Shown: in pieces, positions 56,759-64,000 of the stretch
Numbering within the stretch: the stretch's first letter is position 1
Layout: every line of letters starts with the position of its first letter
Source: Candidatus Undinarchaeota archaeon
GTDB taxonomy: Archaea > SpSt-1190 > JASMDC01
Direction of reading: 5' to 3'
NCBI GenBank assembly: GCA_964519305.1
Contig: CAZFHY010000001.1
Location: 486,218-550,217, forward strand
Length of the DNA stretch: 64,000 nt
Made by a program: the position numbers and the translations under genes
The notes under the pieces: model-generated
The model's input: only the letters and a program-made list of their open reading frames with translations
Told to the model about the DNA's origin: nothing
The model's database searches: none

Positions 56759-57616
56759 ATGGAAGGCGTGAGAGAGGTCGGTTGGGCGGTCAAGCCCAGC
56801 GTACTGGGATTCGAGGGAGACTGGGAGGGCGGCATCGCCAGCGCCCGCGACGTGGCCACCGCCGCAAGGATGGATTATCTGGTCGTGGACGCGGAGTTCG
56901 AACAACATTACCCGCCGCCAACTGTCGTACAGGACCTCCTGTCCACGTTCGACCAAGTGCGCCTCATGCTGACCATCCAGGCGCTCTCGAACGCCGGGTT
57001 GAGGCTCCTCACCGCCCTTGGTAAGCGGAAAGTGCTGAACGATGACAACCTCATCATCAACCTCGTACGTGGCAATGACGCCTACCTATCCCCTGCGGAG
57101 AAGGCACAGAACTCCGTCACTGCCCTGCGCCGTACACTGGGTGTGCTGGACAAGTACCACGCCAAGGTGTGGGTCGGCGGAGAGGGCCCTCGTATCACGG
57201 AGTGGGCCATGCCCAACCATAATGCCGGTCGCTTCACGTTCTTCGCCCTCATGAACACAGGGCTCAACGAACGCCTGACCGCCATGGAACGCCCGGGTGC
57301 ACTCTACACTCTCGCGCTCCACGCTGAGGGCGATGGGTACCAGGCACTCGCTGACAAGATGGGGACCGGGTACTTCCTCCGACGTCCCTGGGTCGTGGAC
57401 GACCTGAAGGCCCGGGGCATCGATCCCAAGGACGCCACCAGTTCCGACATGGCACCTTACGCTCAGGAACTGGGCATCGCCGGTGCGGGTGATTCTCTCA
57501 AGGAGCAGGTGGACAGGCTCCCTCCAATGGACACGGTCGTGTTCTACGTGCCCGAGACCGATAAACCGGTGTTGGGGGCACAGTTGACGGAACTCGGTAA
57601 TGCCCTCCGCGGCTGA
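56759..57616 (+). CDS. Hypothetical protein, possibly related to the haloarchaeal DUF7388 / luciferase-like family
   Basis: Pattern VKP, VD.E...H.P, G..AYLS..E, WVG.EG recalled from that family; not verified. Confidence 0.4.
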   Translation: MEGVREVGWAVKPSVLGFEGDWEGGIASARDVATAARMDYLVVDAEFEQHYPPPTVVQDLLSTFDQVRLMLTIQALSNAGLRLLTALGKRKVLNDDNLIINLVRGNDAYLSPAEKAQNSVTALRRTLGVLDKYHAKVWVGGEGPRITEWAMPNHNAGRFTFFALMNTGLNERLTAMERPGALYTLALHAEGDGYQALADKMGTGYFLRRPWVVDDLKARGIDPKDATSSDMAPYAQELGIAGAGDSLKEQVDRLPPMDTVVFYVPETDKPVLGAQLTELGNALRG

Positions 57617-57654
57617 GAGTCATCCATTTAAAGCCTGCCACCGGACTCCTCACC

Positions 57655-58746
57655 GTGGACCGCAAGGACCTCGCCAATGCTCGCCGTGTCGTCGTGAAGG
57701 TCGGTACTTCCGCTTTTGTTGGCCGAGAGGGGCCGGCGGCCGAGCGGGTACGGTCGCTGGTGGACGATATCGTATCCCTTGTATGGCGCGGGATCGACGT
57801 CATAGTGGTCAGTTCGGGGGCCATCCCTTTCGGGATGGAGGCGCTTCGGTTGAAAGAGCGTCCTCGTGACCTGAACACGCTCCAGGCGATCGCTGCTGTA
57901 GGCCAGAGCCTGCTCATGAAGGGATATGAGGAAGGGTTCGGTGCCCACAAGATCAATGTGGCCCAAGTGCTCCTGACCGCTGACGATGTCACTGACCGGC
58001 GACGGTACGTTAACGCGCGCAACACTGTGCTCACGCTCTTCGATCTGGGAGTTGTGCCCGTAGTGAACGAGAACGATACAATCGCCGTGGACGAGATCAG
58101 GTATGGCGACAACGACATGCTCTCCGCGCACGTGGCAGTCGCTGTCGAGGCCGACCTTCTCATCCTCCTGGCATCATCGGACGGGCTCATCGGGCCCGGG
58201 CGCGATGGTGTGCGTGTACCCGTGGTCGAGGAGGTGACCCCCGCAGTGGAGCGCCAGGCTCGCCAGCACCCCAAGGAGAAGCTCGTGAGCAAGGTGAAAG
58301 CGGCCCGCATCGCCACTCGTGCCGGTATCCCCGTGGTGATGCTCCAGAACACCACAGAACGGGCGTGCGAAAGGGTGGTCGATGGCGAGGACATGGGAAC
58401 GTTATTCCACCCACAGAAACGCCTGGAGGGGCGGTTCACCTGGCTACTGTTCTCCAGCCGTCCCAAGGGAATCCTTCGTGTTGACGCTGGTGCAAAACGA
58501 GCCCTCACGGGCCGTCCGTGCAGCCTGCTGCCCTCGGGTGTCGTCGAGGTGGAAGGCACATTCCGTAAGGGCGATACGGTCTCCATTGCAGGACCCGACG
58601 GGAAGGAGTTCGCCCGCGGGATCGTCAACTACACGAGCCGCGATGCGGCAAAGATCGCCGGGCTCCAGACCGACGAGATCGCGGGTGTGCTGGGAAAGGA
58701 AAGCTACAAGGAGCTTGTGAACTCCCACAATCTAGTCACCCTCTGA
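57655..58746 (+). CDS. proB: Glutamate 5-kinase with PUA domain
   Basis: Motifs VVVKVGTS, VSSGAI, QAIAAVGQ, VNENDT, GDND.LSA, and a PUA domain with SLLPSG. Confidence 0.93.
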   Translation: MDRKDLANARRVVVKVGTSAFVGREGPAAERVRSLVDDIVSLVWRGIDVIVVSSGAIPFGMEALRLKERPRDLNTLQAIAAVGQSLLMKGYEEGFGAHKINVAQVLLTADDVTDRRRYVNARNTVLTLFDLGVVPVVNENDTIAVDEIRYGDNDMLSAHVAVAVEADLLILLASSDGLIGPGRDGVRVPVVEEVTPAVERQARQHPKEKLVSKVKAARIATRAGIPVVMLQNTTERACERVVDGEDMGTLFHPQKRLEGRFTWLLFSSRPKGILRVDAGAKRALTGRPCSLLPSGVVEVEGTFRKGDTVSIAGPDGKEFARGIVNYTSRDAAKIAGLQTDEIAGVLGKESYKELVNSHNLVTL

Positions 58747-58811
58747 ACTGTGGGCTGATATAGCACGATTCCGAAAGGTATAAATACGCCGTTACCCGCT
58801 AGTAGTGAACA

Positions 58812-59792
58812 GTGGGGTACCTGGGCGTCATCAACTCATGTGAAGGTATAGGTGCACCTCTGTCCGTCAAGGCGCAGATCTGCGGCTACGGCGAGAAGGA
58901 GGACCTTGCCAAGGAGATGCTCCGTGAGGTAGTGGATGCTCTCGATGCCGCTGGGTACGAGACCATGTACTTCGGCGCGGCCGGTATGGCGAACGCCGAT
59001 GGTGCGACCTACGCCAGCGACGAGCAGGCGAACGATCCCGAGACCATCGCACACGAGGAATGGCACGTCGAGCTCGCTCGCGGCCACTACACCGCCGACC
59101 AGAATCTCACTAACATCCTCAACGAGTCCTCGGCCCATGCCGTGGGCCTGTACAACGCCCGCGAGGTCTACCGGGAATCGGGTGACAAGGAGAAGCTTGC
59201 CAAGATAGAGAAGCAGATCGAGAAATCCAAAGAGTACTCCTCGCACATGCTCGAGACCTACACCCTCGTCAAGGAAGCCGAGGAAAAGGGGGAGGACATC
59301 GAGAAGCTCCGTAGTAAGGTGTGGAAGGCCGCCCATGAGACCAGATGGGGCTACGACCGCAAGAACTGGAGCTCCCTGCTCGTCGACATGTCCTATTTCG
59401 GCGCCTTCGGCCCCGCGTTCGACGTGCTCGAGGAGCACGGTCTTGAGCGTGGGAAGGATATCCTCAAGGAGGCTTTCGACATCACGAATGAGTCCCGCGA
59501 CATCACCGCAGGCAAGGACCACCTCCTCGAGTACATCTCCGAGGAGGAGAGGGAGCAGTACGATGGCGAGCTCGATATAGTGGAGTCAAAGGCACCCAAC
59601 CAGTTCTACATCTCCGGCGAGGACTTCAACATCGGCCTCTGGACCGAGGACGAGCGTGCCGTGCACATAATCGAAGAGGTCTACGAGAAGTACAAGGACC
59701 GGTTCGAATCAAAGGCGAAGGTCATCCCGTTCCCCGTTCAGGCCGTGAACGACGAACTCCTCGATGCGAGCGAGATCCGTAAGGCCGCATGA
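58812..59792 (+). CDS. Putative zinc metallopeptidase (HExxH...NExxA)
   Basis: TIAHEEWH followed by LNESSA. Confidence 0.55.
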   Translation: MGYLGVINSCEGIGAPLSVKAQICGYGEKEDLAKEMLREVVDALDAAGYETMYFGAAGMANADGATYASDEQANDPETIAHEEWHVELARGHYTADQNLTNILNESSAHAVGLYNAREVYRESGDKEKLAKIEKQIEKSKEYSSHMLETYTLVKEAEEKGEDIEKLRSKVWKAAHETRWGYDRKNWSSLLVDMSYFGAFGPAFDVLEEHGLERGKDILKEAFDITNESRDITAGKDHLLEYISEEEREQYDGELDIVESKAPNQFYISGEDFNIGLWTEDERAVHIIEEVYEKYKDRFESKAKVIPFPVQAVNDELLDASEIRKAA

Positions 59793-59840
59793 GAGCCGCC
59801 ACACCAAAGGCTTTAAACCTCGTCGTCCAAGCTGGACGCG

Positions 59841-60545
59841 ATGGAGGAGACGCGGTCCGTATCCGTAATCTTCCCCTGTTACAACGAGGAGCATAACGTC
59901 GAGCAGGCCGTGTCCGAGACACTCGACACCCTTGGCGACCTCGACCTGGAGGTCATCGTGGAGGAGGACGGCAGCACCGACCGGACGGCCGAACTCGCAC
60001 GCACCATTGCCGACAGCGATCCCCGGGTCCGTGCCCTCTCCTTCCCCGGAGCGCGCCTGGGGAGAGGAGGTGGTTTCCTCAAAGGCGCGGAGGAGGCGTC
60101 AAAGGACGTCATCGTGCTCATGGACGCCGATCTGGCCATCCACCCACGACATGTAAGGGACGCTCTCGAGCGGATCACGGCCGGGGCGGACCTCGTGATC
60201 GGTTCGCGGAACGCTCACGGAGGGCGCCGAATCGTGGACCAGACCTGGGCCCGGATCCTGACCGGTGTGGTCTACCGGACGCTCGTCCGCCTGCTGTTCT
60301 TCCTACCCTACAGCGACTTCCAATGCGGCTTCAAGGTTATGCGCCGTCGTATCCTCGACGACATCGACCTTTCCCACGGTGACTGGGAGTTCGACACCGA
60401 GCTCATCTGGAAGGTCCACCGCACAGGGCTCAGGATCGAAGAGATGGGCATCGTCTGGACCGAACGCGGTGACTCCCGACTCCGGATCTTCCCCGACGCG
60501 TTCAGGATGCTCAGAGGGATTCTCCTTATGCGTCTGGGCAGATGA
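59841..60545 (+). CDS. GT2 polyprenol-phosphate glycosyltransferase (DPG/DPM synthase-like)
   Basis: Motifs FPCYNEE, DGSTD, MDADL, GSR, DFQCGFK, FDTEL. Confidence 0.88.
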   Translation: MEETRSVSVIFPCYNEEHNVEQAVSETLDTLGDLDLEVIVEEDGSTDRTAELARTIADSDPRVRALSFPGARLGRGGGFLKGAEEASKDVIVLMDADLAIHPRHVRDALERITAGADLVIGSRNAHGGRRIVDQTWARILTGVVYRTLVRLLFFLPYSDFQCGFKVMRRRILDDIDLSHGDWEFDTELIWKVHRTGLRIEEMGIVWTERGDSRLRIFPDAFRMLRGILLMRLGR

Positions 60546-60563
60546 TCGTGCGCTGGAGCGCGC

Positions 60564-61952
60564 TCATACCATTGCACGTTTCAGCAGGACAAGGCCTACA
60601 GCGCAGGCAAGGAGCGACGGGAGCCTGACAAGGGCCTCATTACCGTCCAATCCCATGCGGTAGAACGCGAGGTGTACCTTGGGTCGCGCCACGATTATCT
60701 CGTAGGGATCGACCTCACCCGTGTCCATCACGAGACGTCGACCGCTATACCATCTGGCAAGGAGGCCTGCCACCGGATTCTCGTCATCACCGGGGTAGTG
60801 GGAAACGGCACCAAGAAGGTTCACCAGGAACGAGGTGAGGAGCAGTATCATGAACACAGGCCGGACAGCACCCCTTCTGCGCACGGCGAGGAGCGGTAGT
60901 ACGAAGAAGGGCATGCCTGCCGCCATGTACCGTGGGCCGAAGGAAATGCCGGCACGCCAGTTAAGATGGGTGACATGGAATCCCATGAGGACGATGAACA
61001 TGGCCAGGACCAGGTACGCCTCGCTGGTATGGAGAGAACGGAACCTGAACCAGAGCACGGCGGCCACGATCAGGACCGGGCTATAGAAGAAGAGACCCCG
61101 CTCGGGTGAGAACGTCATTCCAAAGGGCGCCTGTGGATCAGGGATCCCCCATTGGTACCACACGCCCTGCTCACGTGTTTCCGCAAACGTCGCATGGTAC
61201 TTGTACGGGAGGCCGAACGGATCACCGAGCATGGCATAGGCATAGAGCGGAAGGAGGGAGAGCACCAGGCCACCCGATATGATGAACCTGACGGTCCAGC
61301 CGGGGCGTCTCAGCGCACAATAGAGAAGGAGGGCGGGGAACAGCAGAAGTGTCGCGAAATCCGCCAGACCCGAGAGACCGGCGAGCGCCCCTGCGGCCAA
61401 CGCACTACGACCATCCGGATTCCGGTCGCCAGCATGCAGGACCATGAAGCTCGCGACGGCAAGGAAGGAGGCCATGCTGTACGGGAAGAAAACGGTGCCG
61501 TAGTAGAAGGCGTTCGTGCACAATGCATAGGCAAGGGCCACGAGCGCAGGATTGATGTCCCCCGGCCTGTGGACCGAGCGACCGAACCAGAAGATCAGCA
61601 GGGCGGTGAGGACCGTGGGAAGACCTGAAAGGAGCAGGGTTGTCAGGAATACGGTCGTGCGAAGATTAGCGCCGGCCACCTGAAGGATGCGCACGAGGGG
61701 TGCGGCCAGTACGGACAGGAGCGGACCCTTGTCACTGTAGATCGTACCGTCCTTCACGACGTAGTCGATGGGAGGGAACTGCGGGTGAATGACGTCACGG
61801 ATGTAGCCTCCGATATCGACCGAACCGTCCAGCCCAAGGGACATGGCGAGCGAGAACCGCGGTGCTTCGTTCGTAGAGAGGAAGCAGGTGGTGAGGAGGG
61901 CGAAGCAGACAATGAGCCCCCCCACCAGAGTGCGGTCGTCCAGGCAGGCCAT
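60564..61952 (-). CDS. Multi-TM GT-C-like membrane protein, paralog of 47843-49240
   Basis: Motifs TNEAPRFSLA, YSDKGP, PERGLFFYSP, SFGPRY, NEALVRLP. Confidence 0.65.
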   Translation of the reverse strand: MACLDDRTLVGGLIVCFALLTTCFLSTNEAPRFSLAMSLGLDGSVDIGGYIRDVIHPQFPPIDYVVKDGTIYSDKGPLLSVLAAPLVRILQVAGANLRTTVFLTTLLLSGLPTVLTALLIFWFGRSVHRPGDINPALVALAYALCTNAFYYGTVFFPYSMASFLAVASFMVLHAGDRNPDGRSALAAGALAGLSGLADFATLLLFPALLLYCALRRPGWTVRFIISGGLVLSLLPLYAYAMLGDPFGLPYKYHATFAETREQGVWYQWGIPDPQAPFGMTFSPERGLFFYSPVLIVAAVLWFRFRSLHTSEAYLVLAMFIVLMGFHVTHLNWRAGISFGPRYMAAGMPFFVLPLLAVRRRGAVRPVFMILLLTSFLVNLLGAVSHYPGDDENPVAGLLARWYSGRRLVMDTGEVDPYEIIVARPKVHLAFYRMGLDGNEALVRLPSLLACAVGLVLLKRAMV

Positions 61953-62003
61953 CCGTGGCATTATCTAGGACGTAAAGAGTTTTATTTCCCCCGCCCGGCC
62001 GCT

Positions 62004-63956
62004 CTACTTTTCGGCCTTCCAGAAATGATCGAGGGTCGCTTTCAGCGCCTTTGTATTGTAGACACTGATCATCTCGTTCTTCAGCGAGTCGGGGACGAGT
62101 TTGAGGTACCGGTCGTTGAGGATACGGTTGTCGATCAGATAGACCACGCCCCGGTCACGCATCGTGCGGATGAGGCGGCCTTTGGCCTGCATGATACGGG
62201 CCAGGGCCGGGTAGGTGAACACGTAATTGTAGCCATCACCGAAACTGCGCTGCAGGTAGCGCTGGAGCCGTTTGTTCTCCTCCGAGGGGACCGGGATGCC
62301 CATCCCGACGACGATGACCCCGATGACGCCCTCCTCCTTGAGGTCGATACCCTCCGAGAAGGAGCCGCCCAGCACGCCCAGCAGGACGGTGGGCATCTTC
62401 ATCAGCCCGCGAGTGCGCATGTCGGACATCATCTGGTCCCGCTCCCGCTGTTTGAGCGAGCGCTTCTCCTCGAGCACCTTGATCCCCCGCGGGAGGTCGA
62501 GCCGCTTTGAGTACTTAGCGAGCTCGCGGTATGACGAGAAGAACACCAGGTAGTTACCAGGATAGGTCGTCACCATTGTCTTTAGGCGCTCGGTCACACC
62601 GTTCAAGGTGTCAGGGAGGTCACGGTAGCGCATGGCGTTGTTCATGCGTGCGTCGACCAGCACCAGACGGTTCTCGGGGGGGAAGGGTGACGGGTACGTC
62701 GCGGCCATGCAGTCATCGCCCAGACCCAGGATGCGCCGGTAGTAAGGCTGCGGACTGAGCGTGGCGCTCTGGATTATCGCGGCACGGAAGGTGCTTATTG
62801 AATTATGGATGTCGCCTGATACGTCGAACTTCTTGAAGCGAAGCAGGAAATCCTTCGTCCCATCGCGCCACGAAACCGTCATGTACTCTTCATGGAACCG
62901 CTTCCTGTCAGTGAGGAACTCGATAATCGAACTGCAATTATCCTTGAACCGGGACATCGAACGCTCGGCCCGCTCCCGGCGGTCCTTCGGTAGCTTGGCC
63001 AGTTCCTTCATGAGCATCTTGTGATAGTCCTCCGCCCCAAGTCTTCTCGTGATGGATTTGCAGACATTCTCTAGTCGGTCAAGTGTTTCTTCTTCCAGGT
63101 CGATGACCGTATCCTGACCCTGCCCTGGATTCGTATCCCGGCAGATTCCCACAACGATCTTCCCGATTTCCTGTACGTCATCCTGTAGACTCTGAAAAGA
63201 GCTGTTTGAACGGCTCCATAAGATTTTCACAGTGGACTGTACTGATTCTAGAGTGCCGCGATTGATAGTCGCAGAGTAGAAGGCCAGAACACGGTCATAG
63301 AGGTTGTGGCCCTCGTCGACCACAAGGAGTCGTTTTCCGTACTCCATTTCCTTCTTCTCCATGATATTGGCAATAGCCGGAGAGAACACGTAATTATAGT
63401 CGCAGACGACGACCTCCGCCTCATGGGCGAAATCTATTACTGCCCTATGAGGGCAGTATTCGAAGCGCCTTCCAAAAGAGAGGGCTGTCGGAACGTCTAA
63501 TGAGGGTCTTTCCTTGCTCAGGGACCGGAGGGAATGTTGTATTTTTTCCTTCGATTTGGGTTTACCGAGTTTCATCTGGCCACCCTTTCCCGGCATGAAC
63601 GGGCAGTCACCGTAAGCGCACTGGAGCCCGTTCTCGTTGATGCACAGGTCCGATTTCGACACCAGATTGAGCACCCTGAAGTCGTGGCCTTGCTTGTTTA
63701 TCCGAGCCACATCGTCGAACACCACGGCGTGCTGGGTCTTGCGTGGTGTGACGAACATGATGCCCTTGATCTCGCCACGTTCCACCGCCTCCAGTCCGGG
63801 TACGATGGCGTTGAGGGTCTTCCCGGTCCCTGTGGGGCTCTCGAGGAGGGCGAGACCACGGTCACGGATGGTGCTCCGATTGGCCTCGATGATCTCCTCT
63901 TGGCCTGCGCGGAAGGAGGAGTAGGGAAAGTACTTCGCTCCCGGAGGCGTGGCCAT
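62004..63956 (-). CDS. XPD/Rad3/DinG-family Fe-S DNA helicase
   Basis: Q motif FRAGQ, SPTGTGKT, Fe-S Cys (LC..CAYGDC..CP), DYNY, DEGHNL, SATL, SEGID, QAKGRLIR. Confidence 0.9.
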   Translation of the reverse strand: MATPPGAKYFPYSSFRAGQEEIIEANRSTIRDRGLALLESPTGTGKTLNAIVPGLEAVERGEIKGIMFVTPRKTQHAVVFDDVARINKQGHDFRVLNLVSKSDLCINENGLQCAYGDCPFMPGKGGQMKLGKPKSKEKIQHSLRSLSKERPSLDVPTALSFGRRFEYCPHRAVIDFAHEAEVVVCDYNYVFSPAIANIMEKKEMEYGKRLLVVDEGHNLYDRVLAFYSATINRGTLESVQSTVKILWSRSNSSFQSLQDDVQEIGKIVVGICRDTNPGQGQDTVIDLEEETLDRLENVCKSITRRLGAEDYHKMLMKELAKLPKDRRERAERSMSRFKDNCSSIIEFLTDRKRFHEEYMTVSWRDGTKDFLLRFKKFDVSGDIHNSISTFRAAIIQSATLSPQPYYRRILGLGDDCMAATYPSPFPPENRLVLVDARMNNAMRYRDLPDTLNGVTERLKTMVTTYPGNYLVFFSSYRELAKYSKRLDLPRGIKVLEEKRSLKQRERDQMMSDMRTRGLMKMPTVLLGVLGGSFSEGIDLKEEGVIGVIVVGMGIPVPSEENKRLQRYLQRSFGDGYNYVFTYPALARIMQAKGRLIRTMRDRGVVYLIDNRILNDRYLKLVPDSLKNEMISVYNTKALKATLDHFWKAEK

Positions 63957-64000
63957 GTCGGGAGCGCCGGGGGCATAGGATAAATATGTTCGCTCGGAGG

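Overview
A 64-kb, GC-rich segment of an archaeal chromosome. Archaeal origin is supported by gatDE, class I HMG-CoA reductase, the uL1-uL10-P1 operon, archease, an XPD-like helicase, BRE/TATA promoters and class III signal-peptide pilins. The pilin and surface-protein style suggests an uncultured DPANN-like lineage (inference only). Housekeeping genes are mixed with an alpha-glucan module (two GH15 enzymes, a debranching enzyme, a GT4, a PPi-type PFK and TrmB), nucleotide-pool genes (nrdD, udg, HD nucleotidase, maf, mtaD), a 1712-aa Cys-rich surface protein, and a ~22-kb surface-glycosylation region. The most striking element is a tandem array of five paralogous GT-C (ArnT/PMT-like) glycosyltransferases next to a pilin gene. 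The copies appear to be separately promoted, a decayed sixth copy sits among them, and two copies share a 261-bp perfectly identical tract that looks like gene conversion. Other non-obvious signals are a promoter-driven, extended C/D-box-like RNA (4622-4730), an L1-binding-site-like leader covering the rpl1 Shine-Dalgarno, a recurring TACT-N4-AGTA candidate TrmB operator, two unannotated small ORFs and two probable single-base frameshifts. No CRISPR array, tRNA, rRNA, transposase or integrase was seen. Family calls come from motifs recognised by eye, not from database searches.
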